Below, piece after piece: positions 15,718 to 24,110 of a DNA stretch of 28,708 nucleotides; within the stretch, counting starts at the first letter, position 1; the number at the start of each line of letters is the position of its first letter. Source of the DNA: Armatimonadota bacterium (GTDB lineage Bacteria > Armatimonadota > Zipacnadia > Zipacnadales > UBA5352); assembly GCA_034722055.1 (NCBI GenBank), contig JAYENL010000215.1:1-28708 (forward strand), in the 5' to 3' direction. A program made the translations under genes and the position numbers. The notes below the pieces were generated by a model. That model worked only from the letters and a program-made list of their open reading frames with translations. It searched no databases and was not told the DNA's origin.

Positions 15718-16536
15718 ATGACGCCAGACGCCGCGCACGTCCTCAACATGCTGCTCGGCGGCTCCCCATCGGATCCGTCCGACGTCGCCGCCATGGATGG
15801 CGAGGATTCGCCAGCGGTGGCTCGGCTGACGCGGGTTGTGCGCGTGGCGATGGGCCGGCTGGGCTGCGTGCTGGCGCCGTACCTCGACGAGGGGCTGCTG
15901 CTGGGCCAGGGGCTGCTGGCGCTGGTGGAGATGGCCGAAGGCGCGCCCGCCGGCGGCGAGGACATCGAGCCCGCGGCGCTGCGCCTGGTCGTGGAGCACC
16001 TGCGGGCCTGGGCGCGGGCCAGCTCCTGGTTCCGCATCGCCTGGCCCTGCCGGGTGGCGCCGCTGTGTGCCTGCATCGCCGAGCACGGCCCGGACCGTGA
16101 CGGCCCGCTGGCCGAGGACCTGGGCCTCCCGGCAGAGGCCCTCACCGAGCGCTTCATGGAGGCCGGCCTGCTCTTCGCGGTCAGCCCGGAGCTGATCCTG
16201 CCCCAGGGGGCTTCCGCCGGCGCCGCATCGGCCGCGGTCTCCTCTCTCTCCAAGCGCCAGCGGCGGCTGCTGAACGCCTACTTCCAGGGCGGGCTCAGCT
16301 TCCCGGAGATCGCGGAGCTGCTGGGCCTGCCGGGGGCAGAGGCCCAGGAGCTGTACGGCCGCGCGGCGGCCATCATTCGCGCGCAGGTCTCCGTCGTCCG
16401 TGAGACCGGAGGTCTCCGCGGGGTCTTCCGACCCACCGGCCGTTGTCGGGCTGGAAGCCCGACCTACGCGGCGTCACAAGATCCCGGCAGTCCGTGCACA
16501 GCGCGCGGGGCAGGAGATGGGGGGAGCCACCGGTGA
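15718..16536 (+). CDS. Highly divergent FliA/sigma28-like protein (regions 2, 3 and 4 recognisable)
   Basis: Collinear by eye with the FliA at 20889; region 4-like LSKRQRRLLNAYFQGGLSFPEIAELLG; GTGA overlap with flhA; tail runs through a REP. Confidence 0.7.
   Translation: MTPDAAHVLNMLLGGSPSDPSDVAAMDGEDSPAVARLTRVVRVAMGRLGCVLAPYLDEGLLLGQGLLALVEMAEGAPAGGEDIEPAALRLVVEHLRAWARASSWFRIAWPCRVAPLCACIAEHGPDRDGPLAEDLGLPAEALTERFMEAGLLFAVSPELILPQGASAGAASAAVSSLSKRQRRLLNAYFQGGLSFPEIAELLGLPGAEAQELYGRAAAIIRAQVSVVRETGGLRGVFRPTGRCRAGSPTYAASQDPGSPCTARGAGDGGSHR
16445..16467 (-). repeat. REP-like palindrome in the 3' end of the sigma-like ORF
   Basis: GTCGGGCTGGAAGCCCGACCTAC, identical to 58-80. Confidence 0.85.
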
Positions 16537-18641
16537 GGGTCTCCGGCTCTATCCTGCGCAGAGCGCTGGGGCACAGCGACGTCATGATGGCCATCGGGAT
16601 CATCGGCCTCGTGGCGATGATGCTCATCCCCCTCCCGCCGGCCCTGCTGGACATGCTCCTGACCGTCAACTTCGGCGTGGCCCTGTGCATCCTGCTGGTC
16701 TCGATGTACGTGCGGGAGCCCCTGGAGTTCGCGGTCTTCCCCTCCGTGCTGCTGGTGGCCACGCTCTTTCGGCTGGCCCTGAACATCTCCTCCACCAGGC
16801 TCATCCTCCTGCACGCCCACGCCGGGAAGGTCATCGAGGCCTTCGGCGGCTTCGTGGTGGGCGGCGACCTGGTGGTGGGGCTGATCCTCTTCCTGATCCT
16901 GGTCATCATCCAGTTCGTGGTCATCACCAGCGGCTCCCAGCGCGTGGCGGAGGTCGCGGCCCGCTTCACCCTCGACGAGATGCCCGGCAAGCAGATGAGC
17001 ATCGACGCCGACCTCAACGCGGGGCTGATCACCGAGGAGGAGGCTCGCCAGCGCCGCCGCACCATCGAGCGCGAGGCGGACTTCTACGGCGCCATGGACG
17101 GCGCCACCAAGTTCGTGCGCGGCGACGCCATCGCGGCCATTGTCATCGTGGTCATCAACATCATCGCCGGCCTCATCATCGGCGTGGCGCGCCTGGGCCT
17201 CGAGCCCGGCGAGGCCCTCCGCCGCTATGCCCTGCTCACAGTCGGGGACGGGCTCGTCAGCCAGATCCCGGCGCTGCTGATCTCCACCGCCACCGGCCTG
17301 GTCGTGACCCGAGCCGCGTCCGACCGCGACCTGGGCAGCGACGTGGTCACCCAGCTCCTCAGCCAGCCGCGGGCCGTGGCCATCGTGGCCGTCATGCTGG
17401 TGCTCTTCGGCATGGTCCCCGGCCTGCCGACCCTCAGCTTCTTCGCCATCGGCGGCGTTACCGGGCTGGTGGCCTGGTACGTCGGCCGCCACCCGGTGAC
17501 CCCCAGCGAGGAGCCGGAGGACGAGGATGCAGCCGAGCTCGACGAACAGCGGCCGGTGGCCGTCCCGGCCCCGGAGCGGCTGGCCGTGAGCATCGGCTAC
17601 GGCCTCATTCCGCTGGTGGAGGAGGGGCAGTCCGGCCGCCTGCTGGCCCGCATCGGCACCATCCGCGAGCAGATAGCCGAGGAGCTGGGGCTGCTGGTCC
17701 CGCCGGTGCGCATCCAGGATGATATGAGCCTCGACCCCAGATCCTACGCCGTGCGGCTGCGGGGAGCGACCATCGCCACCGGGAGCCTCCAGCCCTCGGC
17801 TGTGATGGCCATCGCGGCCCGCGACGGCCTCGACAAGCTGCCCGGCACGCCGGTCACGGAGCCGGCCTTCGGCCTCCCCGCCTGGTGGATCGAGCCCGAC
17901 CAGCGGACGCTGGCCGAGGCCCGCGGCTACACGGTCGTGGAGCCCGACGTGGTGCTCGCCACGCATCTTAGCGAGCTCATCAAGAGCCACGCGCCGGAGC
18001 TGCTGTGCCGACAGGACGTGCAGGTGATGCTCGACGACCTCCGCCAGACCAACGCGGCGGCGGTCAACGAGCTTATCCCCGACCTGGCGTCGGTGGGCCA
18101 GCTTCACCAGGTCCTGGCCGCGCTGCTGGAGGAGGGTGTGCCCATCACGGACCTCTCCACCATCGTGGAGGCCCTCGCCGACGCCCTCCGCGGCGGCGTT
18201 GCGGTGGTGGGAAGGGGGGCCACAGCGGCTGAGGGGGGCGCCGGCCTGGAGGATGCGGTGGAGCACGTGCGCGCCGCTCTGGCCCGCACCATCTGCGAGC
18301 AGTACCGCGATGAGGACGGCGCCCTGGCGGTGTACGTGCTCGACCCCGAGTTGGAGGCGCAGATCGCCGAGGCGGTGGTGGACACACCCCAGGGGCCCAC
18401 CTGCCTGCTGGACCCGGCGGTGCTGCAGAGGCTGCTGGAGGCCGTCCAGGATGCCGTGGAGGAGCTGGCGGCCCAGGGCCGCCGGCCCATCGTGCTCACC
18501 TCGCCGCCGGTTCGCCGGCACCTGCGCGAGCTCATCTGGCGCAGCTTCCCGGACATGGCCGTCATCTCCCACGCCGAGGTGGTGCCGGACGTGCAGCTCA
18601 GGGCGCTGGGCTCCATCCGGCTGGAGGCGGTGGCGGCATGA
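16533..18641 (+). CDS. flhA: Flagellar export apparatus protein FlhA
   Basis: FPSVLLVATLFRLALNISSTRLIL, RVAEVAARFTLDEMPGKQMSIDADL, FYGAMDGATKFVRGDA, LLTVGDGLVSQIPAL; GTG start at 16533 inferred. Confidence 0.97.
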   Translation: MRVSGSILRRALGHSDVMMAIGIIGLVAMMLIPLPPALLDMLLTVNFGVALCILLVSMYVREPLEFAVFPSVLLVATLFRLALNISSTRLILLHAHAGKVIEAFGGFVVGGDLVVGLILFLILVIIQFVVITSGSQRVAEVAARFTLDEMPGKQMSIDADLNAGLITEEEARQRRRTIEREADFYGAMDGATKFVRGDAIAAIVIVVINIIAGLIIGVARLGLEPGEALRRYALLTVGDGLVSQIPALLISTATGLVVTRAASDRDLGSDVVTQLLSQPRAVAIVAVMLVLFGMVPGLPTLSFFAIGGVTGLVAWYVGRHPVTPSEEPEDEDAAELDEQRPVAVPAPERLAVSIGYGLIPLVEEGQSGRLLARIGTIREQIAEELGLLVPPVRIQDDMSLDPRSYAVRLRGATIATGSLQPSAVMAIAARDGLDKLPGTPVTEPAFGLPAWWIEPDQRTLAEARGYTVVEPDVVLATHLSELIKSHAPELLCRQDVQVMLDDLRQTNAAAVNELIPDLASVGQLHQVLAALLEEGVPITDLSTIVEALADALRGGVAVVGRGATAAEGGAGLEDAVEHVRAALARTICEQYRDEDGALAVYVLDPELEAQIAEAVVDTPQGPTCLLDPAVLQRLLEAVQDAVEELAAQGRRPIVLTSPPVRRHLRELIWRSFPDMAVISHAEVVPDVQLRALGSIRLEAVAA

Positions 18642-19420
18642 CCGGAGTAGTCGCCGAGCTGTTGGGCGAGGCGGCGCGGCTGCTGCCGCCGGCGCTGCGA
18701 GTCGTGGGACTGACGGTGCTGGCGCCGGGCCTGAACTTCCAGCAGGCGCCCATGCGAGTGCGCGTGGCTCTGGCGCTGGGGCTGGGGGCGGTGCTGGCCC
18801 CGGTGGCGGCAGCGGGCACCCCGGCCGTCGAGGAGCCCCTGCGCTACGCCGGGCTCTGCCTAGTGGAGCTGGCGGTGGGGATGGCCATGGGCTTCGCCAT
18901 GGCCGCGCTGCTGGAGGCCCTGCGTTTCGGCGGGGAGGTGCTGGACCTGCAGATCGGCCTGCGCGCCGGACAGCTCTTCGATCCCAGCACCGGCTCGCAG
19001 TCGGGCATCCTCAGCACCGCTTACTACATGGTGGCGCTGCTGCTGTTCGTGGCCGTGGACGGCCACCACTGGGTGCTGCGCGGCCTGGGCGCCAGCTTCG
19101 CCATCGTGCCCGTGGGCAGGGCTGTGGTCACGCCGGGCCTGGCCGCGCTCGTCGGCGACCTGGGCACCAGCCTGCTGGTCCTCGGCCTGCAGGTGGCCGC
19201 GCCGGTGATGGCGGCGCTGCTGCTGGCCGACCTGGCCCTGGGGCTGGTAGCGCGCGCGGTGCCACAGATCAACGTCTTTCTGGTGGGGATCCCGGGCAAG
19301 ATCGCGCTGGGCTTGGTCATCGCCGCGCTGACCGCACCCCTGCTGGTGCCGCACCTGGGGCGGATCGCGAGGCTGATGGCGGTGTATCTCGACGACATGC
19401 TGCGAGTGCTGGCGGGATAG
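18638..19420 (+). CDS. fliR: Flagellar export gate protein FliR
   Basis: Polytopic membrane protein; GEVLDLQIGL...FDP, VDGHHWVL, LGLVARAVPQINVFLVGIPGK. Confidence 0.94.
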   Translation: MTGVVAELLGEAARLLPPALRVVGLTVLAPGLNFQQAPMRVRVALALGLGAVLAPVAAAGTPAVEEPLRYAGLCLVELAVGMAMGFAMAALLEALRFGGEVLDLQIGLRAGQLFDPSTGSQSGILSTAYYMVALLLFVAVDGHHWVLRGLGASFAIVPVGRAVVTPGLAALVGDLGTSLLVLGLQVAAPVMAALLLADLALGLVARAVPQINVFLVGIPGKIALGLVIAALTAPLLVPHLGRIARLMAVYLDDMLRVLAG

Positions 19421-19423
19421 GCG

Positions 19424-20551
19424 ATGGCGACTGAGGAGCGCACCGAGCAGCCAACGCCGCGAAAGCGACGCCGCGCCCGTGAGAAGGGGCAGGTCCCCAC
19501 CAGCGTGGACCTGTCGCGGGCGGTGGGCCTGCTACTGATCTACCTGGCCTGGCGCTTCGCCGGCCCCACGATGCTCTCACGGCTCACCGGCGCGCTGGAG
19601 GACTGGCTGCGAGTGAAGCAGACTCCGCCTGTCACGCCCGAAAGCGTCATCTCAGGGTACGCCGCGACGATCCCGCTGCTGCTGGCGGTGCTGGGGCCGG
19701 TCATGCTGGCAGCCGTCGTCGGCACCGTGGTTGCCGCCAGCGCCCAGACTCGCGGGCTGCTGACCGCCGCGGCCCTGCAGCCGGACCTCAGCCGCATCAA
19801 CCCGGCCAACGGCTTCAAGCGCCTCTTCAGCGTCCGGGGCACCATCGCCACCGTCAAGGGCATCGTGAAGGTCTGCGTGGTCATGGTCATCGCGGTCTGG
19901 GTGCTCCGGGGGAGGGCGGACGAGGTGCTGGCAATGGGCGACATGGGCATCGTGCCCGCGCTGACGACAACGCTGGGGATCGCCGCCGAGATGCTGGTGA
20001 AGTGCATGCTCACGCTGCTGGTGGTGGGAGCGGCCGACTACGCCTTCGAGTGGTGGGACAATGAGAAGTCGCTGCGCATGACCCGCCAGGAGCTCAAGCG
20101 CGAGCTGCGCGAGGAGGAGGGGGACCCGCATATCCAGCGCCGTCGGCGGCAGATACAGCGCGGCATGCTCGCCCAGGGCATCTCCACGGAGATGCCCCAG
20201 GCGGACGTGGTGGTCACCAACCCCACGCACTACGCCGTGGCCCTCCGCTACGAGGCCGCGCAGATGCCCGCCCCCAAGGTCGTGGCGCGAGGCCAGCGGC
20301 GGGTGGCCCGGCGGATCATCGAGCTTGCCCGCACTTGGGGCATCCCCATCATCCACAATCCGCCGGTGGCCCGCAGCCTGTTCGCCGACTGCCGGCTGGG
20401 CGAGGCCATCCCCGGGCGCCTCTATCAGGTGGTGGCCGAGATCTTCGCCGCCGTCTACCGCCGGCGGCGGCAGCGGGCCCGAAGCGCCCGCCCTCACAAC
20501 GACTCAGAGGAGGGAGATGCGGGGGCGAACGAGAAGAGTACACTGAGATAG
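19424..20551 (+). CDS. flhB: Flagellar export switch protein FlhB
   Basis: ERTEQPTPRKRRRAREKGQV, RINP, EEGDP, autocleavage site NPTH, ARSL. Confidence 0.97.
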   Translation: MATEERTEQPTPRKRRRAREKGQVPTSVDLSRAVGLLLIYLAWRFAGPTMLSRLTGALEDWLRVKQTPPVTPESVISGYAATIPLLLAVLGPVMLAAVVGTVVAASAQTRGLLTAAALQPDLSRINPANGFKRLFSVRGTIATVKGIVKVCVVMVIAVWVLRGRADEVLAMGDMGIVPALTTTLGIAAEMLVKCMLTLLVVGAADYAFEWWDNEKSLRMTRQELKRELREEEGDPHIQRRRRQIQRGMLAQGISTEMPQADVVVTNPTHYAVALRYEAAQMPAPKVVARGQRRVARRIIELARTWGIPIIHNPPVARSLFADCRLGEAIPGRLYQVVAEIFAAVYRRRRQRARSARPHNDSEEGDAGANEKSTLR

Positions 20552-20888
20552 GTACAGAGAATCAGAGAATCATGCGATCGTATGCATGATTCAGCGCGTC
20601 AGCGGGAATACACAAATGGACGGTTTTTGAAGTAGGGGGCCCTCCGGGGGGCCTCGACACGCTACTGTCCGTCCGGACCGGGCCGTGCATGCACGGCGCC
20701 AGTGCCGGGGAATCACTGGCATCCGAGCGCCGCGGCGCTCACCGGACGATGGACGGTCACTGCCATGCGGGGGATGACTCGGTCGTCGAAACATCCTTCC
20801 CCCGGCCCGCTGGATCGGTGCGGGCCCGCCGCCGGCTGATACCATGAGACCTGCGGTCTCAGGACCCACGCGGCTTGAGGGGATACCC

Positions 20889-21650
20889 GTGTTGTCGATG
20901 ACACAGCACACCAGGCTGTCCGCGTCGGAACGCGAGGAGCTCATTGAGGAGCATGCCGACCTGGTCCGCTACGAGGTGGAGCGCGTGGCGGCCGGACTGC
21001 CCGCCCAGGTGGACCGCGAGGACCTGCTCAGCGCGGGGATGATCGGCCTCATCAGGGCCGTGGATCGCTACGATCCCGATAGGGGCGCCAGCTTCACCAC
21101 CTACGCCACGTCGCTGATGCGCGGGGCGATACTCGACGAGCTGCGGCGCATGGACTGGGCCCCCCGCGGCCTGAGGAGCCGCTACCGGAGGCTGGAGCAG
21201 GCCCTGGTGGACCTTCGACGCCGCCTTGGGCGCCAGCCCGCCGAGCAGGAGATCATCGATGAGCTGGGCGTGTCCGCCGAGGAGTACCGCAGCCTGCTCC
21301 GCGACGCCTCCACCACCGCCATCGTCAGCCTGGAGAGCCTCACCGAGGCCAGCGGCGATGCCCACGCGCCCTCCACCGCCTCCCTCCCCCGGGCCTCAGC
21401 CGACTGGAGCCCCTCCGCCGCCATCGACCGCGCTGAGCTGCGCCGCCTTCTGGCGGAGTGTATCGAGGAGCTGTCGGACCGGGAGCGGCTGGTGCTCAGC
21501 CTCTACTACGAGCAGGAGCTGACCATGCAGGAGATCGGCATGGTGGTAGGCGTCACCGAGTCCCGCATCTGCCAGATCCACACCCAGGTCATCGCCAGGC
21601 TTCGGGGCGCCCTTCAGGCCCGCCTCGGCCAGGCCTCCGACCTCCGCTGA
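20889..21650 (+). CDS. fliA: RNA polymerase sigma factor FliA/sigma28 (FliA/WhiG family)
   Basis: DLLSAGMIGLIRAVDRYDPDRG, RGAILDELRRMDWAPR, LSDRERLVLSLYYEQELTMQEIG...VTESRICQIH; start GTG 20889 or ATG 20898. Confidence 0.95.
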   Translation: MLSMTQHTRLSASEREELIEEHADLVRYEVERVAAGLPAQVDREDLLSAGMIGLIRAVDRYDPDRGASFTTYATSLMRGAILDELRRMDWAPRGLRSRYRRLEQALVDLRRRLGRQPAEQEIIDELGVSAEEYRSLLRDASTTAIVSLESLTEASGDAHAPSTASLPRASADWSPSAAIDRAELRRLLAECIEELSDRERLVLSLYYEQELTMQEIGMVVGVTESRICQIHTQVIARLRGALQARLGQASDLR

Positions 21651-21688
21651 TCGCCTGATCCCGTGGCGCGGGCCCTGTCGTTCCGTCT

Positions 21689-21723
21689 CAAGCCGCAAGC
21701 TGCAAGTGACAAGCTCCAAGCTC
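21689..21723 (-). repeat. Short heptamer tandem repeat (5 units)
   Basis: CAAGCCG CAAGCTG CAAGTGA CAAGCTC CAAGCTC, the reverse complement of the TGYRGCT family near 13089-13171. Confidence 0.75.
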
Positions 21724-21795
21724 ACGACAACGACTGTCGTTCCGTGGCACGGACACTGGAGACCTCTGGTCTCGGTCCGTGCGCCGTTCACCATT

Positions 21796-21818
21796 GTCGG
21801 GCTGGAAGCCCGCCCTAC
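21796..21818 (-). repeat. REP-like palindrome
   Basis: GTCGGGCTGGAAGCCCGCCCTAC, one mismatch to the main unit. Confidence 0.8.
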
Positions 21819-22203
21819 GCGAAGGATGCGCGGCGCGAAGGATGGGGGCGCCGCTGCGATGGTCGGACGCAGACGGCCGGCGGGTCTGAAGCCCCGCCGC
21901 TCCGGACGGCAACGGCAGTCGTTACGCGAGCGGAAGCTCGCGTGGAGAGGCCGGACCACTGTCCGGCCTGCCGTTCTTCTACGCGAATGGTGGAGCGCAC
22001 GCGAAGCTGGAGCCCACGACAACGGCCGGGCGGGAACGGAGGCCCGACACGGCAAACGGCTGCCCCCAAAGGTCGCAACCGATGGACCTTGGAGGGGGCC
22101 AAAGCCCGGCGAACCCGGCCCCCGGTCGTCCGGAGCGGCGGCGTCCTTGCCCCCGCCGGTCGTTGCCGGGGCTGCAGACTGACTCACTCAGGGAGGAGTC
22201 TCG

Positions 22204-23565
22204 ATGCCCGAAGGCGTCCCCATCGTGCTGGTCGTCGATGACGATCCCACCATGCTCGAGACCATCCAACTGGCCCTCGAGGACCTCGACTGCGCGGTGG
22301 ACATCGCGTCCGACGGGGCGTCGGCCGCCCAGGCTGTGTCCGAGCGGGAGCCGGACCTGCTGGTCCTCGACCGCATGCTCCCCGATGCCGATGGGGTGGA
22401 GCTGCTGGCACGGCTGCGGGCCACGGGTGTCTCCTCCGCGGCCATCATCATCACCGCCCACCCCTCCGTCGAGAGCGCCGTGGACGCCCTCGGCCACCAC
22501 GCCACCCATTACCTGGCCAAGCCCTTCGCGCCCGACGAGCTGGTGGCGCGTGTCAGAGACCTGCTCGGGGACCCCCGCGGGCGCCACACTGAGCCGGGCT
22601 TTTTGTGGGAGACCCTCGGGGAGCGCTACGACTTCGACCACGTCATGAGCCGCAACGAGCAGGTGCGCCAGTCCTACGCGGCCGCCGCCCGCGTGGCGGA
22701 CACCACCGCTGCGGTGCTGCTGGAGGGCGAGACCGGGACGGGCAAGGACTACCTGGCGCGGGCCATTCACTACATGGGCGATCGCGCCGACAAGCACTTC
22801 GTGGCCGTCAACTGCGGGGCGCTCCCCGAGCAGCTCCTCACCAGCGAGCTGTTCGGGCATGAGAAGGGCGCCTTCACCTCCGCCACGCAGTCCAAGAAGG
22901 GCCTGGTCGAGGTGGCCGACGGCGGCACGCTGCTGCTGGACGAGATCTCCGAGATGAGCATGGACAACCAGGTGAAGCTGCTGCACTTCACCCAGGACTA
23001 TCGCTTCACCCGCCTGGGCGGCACCGAGACCATCCAGGTTGACGTGCGCCTCATCTGCGCCACCAATCGCGACCTGCGGGCCGCCGTCGCCGACGGCCGC
23101 TTCCGGGAGGACCTCTACTATCGCCTCGCGGTGGTCCCCCTGCCCCTCCCGCCCCTGCGCGAGCGTCCCGAGGACATTGACCCCTTCGCCAGGTTCTTCC
23201 TCCGCAAGCACGTCCGCTGGCACGGACGCGGCCCGCGCAACATCTCCCCTGAGGCCCTGCAGATGCTCCGCGCCCGGTCCTGGCCGGGCAACCTCCGGCA
23301 GCTCGAGAACGCCATCCAGCGCGGGGTGTTGATGGCCGACGGCGATACGCTGCGTCCCGAGCACCTGCTGCTGGACGGGGAGGTCGCCAGTCCCCGGCAG
23401 GCTCCGGAGGACCTGGAGGCACTCCCGGACCTGAAGACGGTCGAGGAGCGGCACGTCCGGCGGGTGTGGCAGGCCGCCGAGGGCAACAAGACCAGGGCCG
23501 CCGAGGTGCTGGGGATCTCACCGCGCACCCTCAGCCGGCGGCTGGAGGAGTACGGCATCGAGTAG
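22204..23565 (+). CDS. Sigma54-dependent response regulator (REC-AAA+-Fis HTH; NtrC/FleR/FlgR-like)
   Basis: VVDDD...LVLD...TA...KPF receiver; GETGTGKD, ELFGHEKGAFTSA, LDEI, FREDLYYRL, WPGNLRQLEN; NKTRAAEVLGISPRTL; SD GGGAGGAG. Confidence 0.95.
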   Translation: MPEGVPIVLVVDDDPTMLETIQLALEDLDCAVDIASDGASAAQAVSEREPDLLVLDRMLPDADGVELLARLRATGVSSAAIIITAHPSVESAVDALGHHATHYLAKPFAPDELVARVRDLLGDPRGRHTEPGFLWETLGERYDFDHVMSRNEQVRQSYAAAARVADTTAAVLLEGETGTGKDYLARAIHYMGDRADKHFVAVNCGALPEQLLTSELFGHEKGAFTSATQSKKGLVEVADGGTLLLDEISEMSMDNQVKLLHFTQDYRFTRLGGTETIQVDVRLICATNRDLRAAVADGRFREDLYYRLAVVPLPLPPLRERPEDIDPFARFFLRKHVRWHGRGPRNISPEALQMLRARSWPGNLRQLENAIQRGVLMADGDTLRPEHLLLDGEVASPRQAPEDLEALPDLKTVEERHVRRVWQAAEGNKTRAAEVLGISPRTLSRRLEEYGIE

Positions 23566-23750
23566 GCTCGGCGCCGGCAGCAACCACGGAGCCTGCTTCG
23601 GCTCCATCAGACGGCGCTGGAGCCTCAGGGCGGCCCCACCGATCGACAGGCCGGGCTCACCGACCGACCAGGCGCAATCCGTGGAGGGGCCGCCTGAGGG
23701 CGACTGCGGAGCAGGCGCGCGAAGTCGGCCCGCGGCTACCGCGCCCGCGC

Positions 23751-24110
23751 TCAGGCCGCCAGGCCGGCGGTTTCCCGGTAGCCGGCGCGGGCATCCGAGC
23801 CCGCCTGCGCGGCCGCCAGGCGCCGTTTGAGGTCGGCGAAGCACCGCTCGATTCTGCCGTGATTGCGCCTCCGCACATGATACAGCGCCCGCAGTGCCTC
23901 CCGAGCCTCGTGCGCCCGCTGCGACTCCTCATTGGCCTCGGCTACCGATCGCAGCTCGCGCCACAGCGCCTTCTGGCGCTGCAGGATCTCGTCCAGCCGC
24001 TCCCACTCCCCGCCCGCGATGGCCTGCCGCTCCCGGCGATCCAGCTCCGCCACGCGCTCAGTGAAGTTCGGGCGAACCGCTACGCCGCCTCCGACTCCTC
24101 GTCCTGACAT
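23751..24110 (-). CDS. Small helical flagellar chaperone, FliT/FlgN-like
   Basis: Directly after fliD-fliS; WERLDEILQRQ helix pattern and AGY near the C-terminus; start uncertain. Confidence 0.6.
   Translation of the reverse strand: MSGRGVGGGVAVRPNFTERVAELDRRERQAIAGGEWERLDEILQRQKALWRELRSVAEANEESQRAHEAREALRALYHVRRRNHGRIERCFADLKRRLAAAQAGSDARAGYRETAGLAA

Noticed and set aside
16464..18572. 702-aa minus-strand ORF
   Set aside because: Antisense shadow of flhA with no recognisable domain
14635..20551. Non-flagellar (injectisome) type III secretion system
   Set aside because: Hook, stator, cap and flagellin genes are in the same cluster, so the export genes are flagellar
21663..22241. ORFs in the fliA-regulator gap (192, 158 and 263 aa)
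   Set aside because: Built from repeats, Arg/Pro-rich, without RBS or motifs
22867..22884. GAFTSA as a sign of an inactive activator
   Set aside because: The key F and T residues are retained, substitutions at this Gly occur in other activators, and the other AAA+ motifs are intact
21979..23454. 491-aa minus-strand ORF
   Set aside because: Antisense shadow of the sigma54 regulator
23588..23605. Bidirectional terminator between the convergent operons
   Set aside because: Only a 6-bp stem (GGAGCC/GGCTCC) with no U-tract on either strand
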